Of a stretch of DNA of 64,000 nt, positions 62,001 to 64,000 are shown in pieces. Position 1 is the stretch's first letter, and each line of letters begins with the position of its first letter. The notes under the pieces are model-generated. The model did no database searches. It saw only the letters and a list, made by a program, of their open reading frames with translations, and was not told the DNA's origin. The stretch is from Bilabrum cf. latius. Its lineage: Eukaryota. The DNA is taken from assembly GCA_965178125.1 (NCBI GenBank), contig OZ237765.1, forward strand, positions 620,001 through 684,000, read 5' to 3'. Made by a program: the position numbers and the translations under genes.

Positions 62001-63999
62001 TATTCGGCAACCGCTTGAATCCATCTGTATCTAGCCTCGGCAGCGCGACGTCCGTTCTCGTCCATCCTCTTGCCATCAAGGACTCAAACACAGGGTCTGG
62101 CTCACCGTCCAACGACTGCGCGCAAGCACCAACGGCCTGATCCAGGGCCTATAAAGCGGCTTGGGCGACGTGTGGCTCCCGTCTGTGGGCCCACCGCCCT
62201 GCACCGCACGACAGATCCTCCAGCTCATGCACCAGCACGGTTCCAATGACGGTGCTCATGGAGTCGCACGAGGCTTTGCGCAGGTGAATATTCAAGCAAC
62301 GCACTAGAACACGCCCAAGGCTGCTAGCAATCCGCCACGCGTCCACCGTAGTGGACTCGGCTAGCAACCGGATGATACTTTCAGCAATAGCCATATCGCC
62401 CTCCATGAGCACTCGGAATAGGGTCACCTCAACGGCTGGCATGTCCACTGCAAACACCGCATCCGGCCACAGGTCGTGCCACATGCCCATCTGTTTTGCG
62501 AGAAACACCCGGTGCAAGCACCACCATCTCTCCGACGAGAGTATCCAGCCTCTGCTACAGGGCTGCCCCAACTACGGCAGGCAGCGCGTGTGCAGCCCCG
62601 GCCACACATCATACTTCAGGATCCACTTGATCAGTACGGCAAACGAGCAAGCGAGCTTGTGTTCGGAGATGCGGTCTCCTCGTGGCTTGCTGTGTTGGCG
62701 CTTGTCCAGCGCAAAAGCAGCATCAGCGCGCATTTGGCGGTAGCCCCTGGCATCGTACGAAAGGCAATCGGGATACTTCTTGGAGCTTACTTGATACAGT
62801 TGCATCCGCGTGCGTCGAGCTACAGCAAGGGTATCCCCGTCGCAGCTCAAAGAGTCCTGCATCAGACCTCTGCAAACGGCATCAGCAGGATCTCGATCCA
62901 CAGCGGCCGAGTCTGCTGGCATGCATGCTCCTGATGGATCGGCACCATGGCGCAAGAGAATCTAAAGAGCAGAGCCGCTATTAAATTTCAGGCAAACTTG
63001 CACTAGCGTTGCACCTAACGCCGCGTCATCAACGTCCAACCCTTGCTCTAGTAGGAGATCCATACTCTTTCCCTAGTCAGCGATGCAAGCCATCTTGGCT
63101 GCAAGCAAGAGGGTTGATGCTGCTGGGTCCCGATTGTATGGTCCTACTGGTATCTTGCAGCAGGAAAGTGGAGGAATGACCCGACGTGAACACGCGATAT
63201 GCAATGCGAGCCGGAGACACTCTTCATCGCCATTCGCTGCGGCAATCACCATCTCTGGCATGAGAGCCAGCCAATGCAGTCCCCTGTCCCGTAGCCCTAC
63301 ATTTGCAATAATACCAAGAACAATCAGGTCATCCCGAAACCCGGACCGGCTGTCTACGATTTCGCATCCTTCTTCGAGATTCTCAGGCATCCAGTGCCTG
63401 GCGGAAGGCAGGGCAACGCGCAACCTGTGGTGTAGAATGTGGCGCTGGATTGCCTCGAGTTCTCTCACTGTTAGCATCTGTATGTAACGCTGCGGATGTA
63501 AAGACGCCCTACCTCTCCAATCGTGCTCAGCGTATACAAATGGCAACGCGCCAAAGAGGCGGTTGGGCTTGGTGCCTGCCTGGGCGCACATGGAGAGCAC
63601 CAGGGAGGGCGGGCCCTTGGGGCCCCACACGAGATTGTTGCAGCGATCTGCCCGGAACTCGTCCTGCATTCCAAACCGAGTTGGCAGCAGCTCAATGGTA
63701 TCCGTATCAGATATCCGGTCGCCATGACGAATGAACGCGTGCATCAAAGGTTCAAATATCCTCCCACTCCCGGTACCAAAGCACCGCTGCAGCTGGGCAT
63801 GCCACGAAGTGTCGATCAAGGACAGGTCAGCTCCCTTCGCAAGCAGACCACGGACGGCGGACTGGACCTGCCTGTCTGGATTCGGCTGCAGCTAAGCGGC
63901 ATAGCGGTGACTATCCTCGTCCTCATCCTCGTCCGAATCTTCGTCCTCATCCTCATCCTGATCCTCCAGTCTACCAATCTCTGTCTCGTTGTCCTCATC
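59044..63999 (-). CDS. 5'-partial ankyrin-repeat protein (>1650 aa)
   Basis: One frame from the window edge to TGA 59046-59044 joins seven track ORFs across about 9 TAGs. Ankyrin motifs: DINAIDAAGSTPLQWACAYERLEAVEILLEAGA, AL*ILLRHGADP, VQLLLRHGA*P. Confidence 0.85.
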
Positions 64000-64000
64000 G

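Overview
GC-rich, gene-dense nuclear DNA from a eukaryotic protist. The gene style resembles a Cafeteria-like bicosoecid stramenopile, but that assignment is only an inference. The main result is a non-standard nuclear genetic code in which TAG encodes an amino acid, almost certainly Gln, while TAA and TGA remain stops. The supplied ORF track is fragmented because it stops at TAG. Reading through TAG joins the fragments, all in frame, into 13 coherent genes containing about 88 internal TAG codons (hand count). All 13 end in TGA (11) or TAA (2), none in TAG. TAG sits at conserved Gln positions in DPH6 (DSYMF*TVGH) and TAF1 (TPE*VC). The genes are: a partial membrane protein, DPH6 with RidA-like domains, a PAS/TmcB-like multi-pass membrane protein, a formin, a ~4370-aa single-exon MABP-Sec7-PH-ACBP ArfGEF, an 8-exon bromodomain-ET protein, TAF1, a type I surface protein, a leishmanolysin/EGF protease, a partial ankyrin-repeat protein and three hypotheticals. 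A ~3.3-kb segment bounded by ~45-bp inverted repeats carries a decayed gene fragment and is a candidate non-autonomous DNA transposon. All calls were made by eye; no database searches were run.
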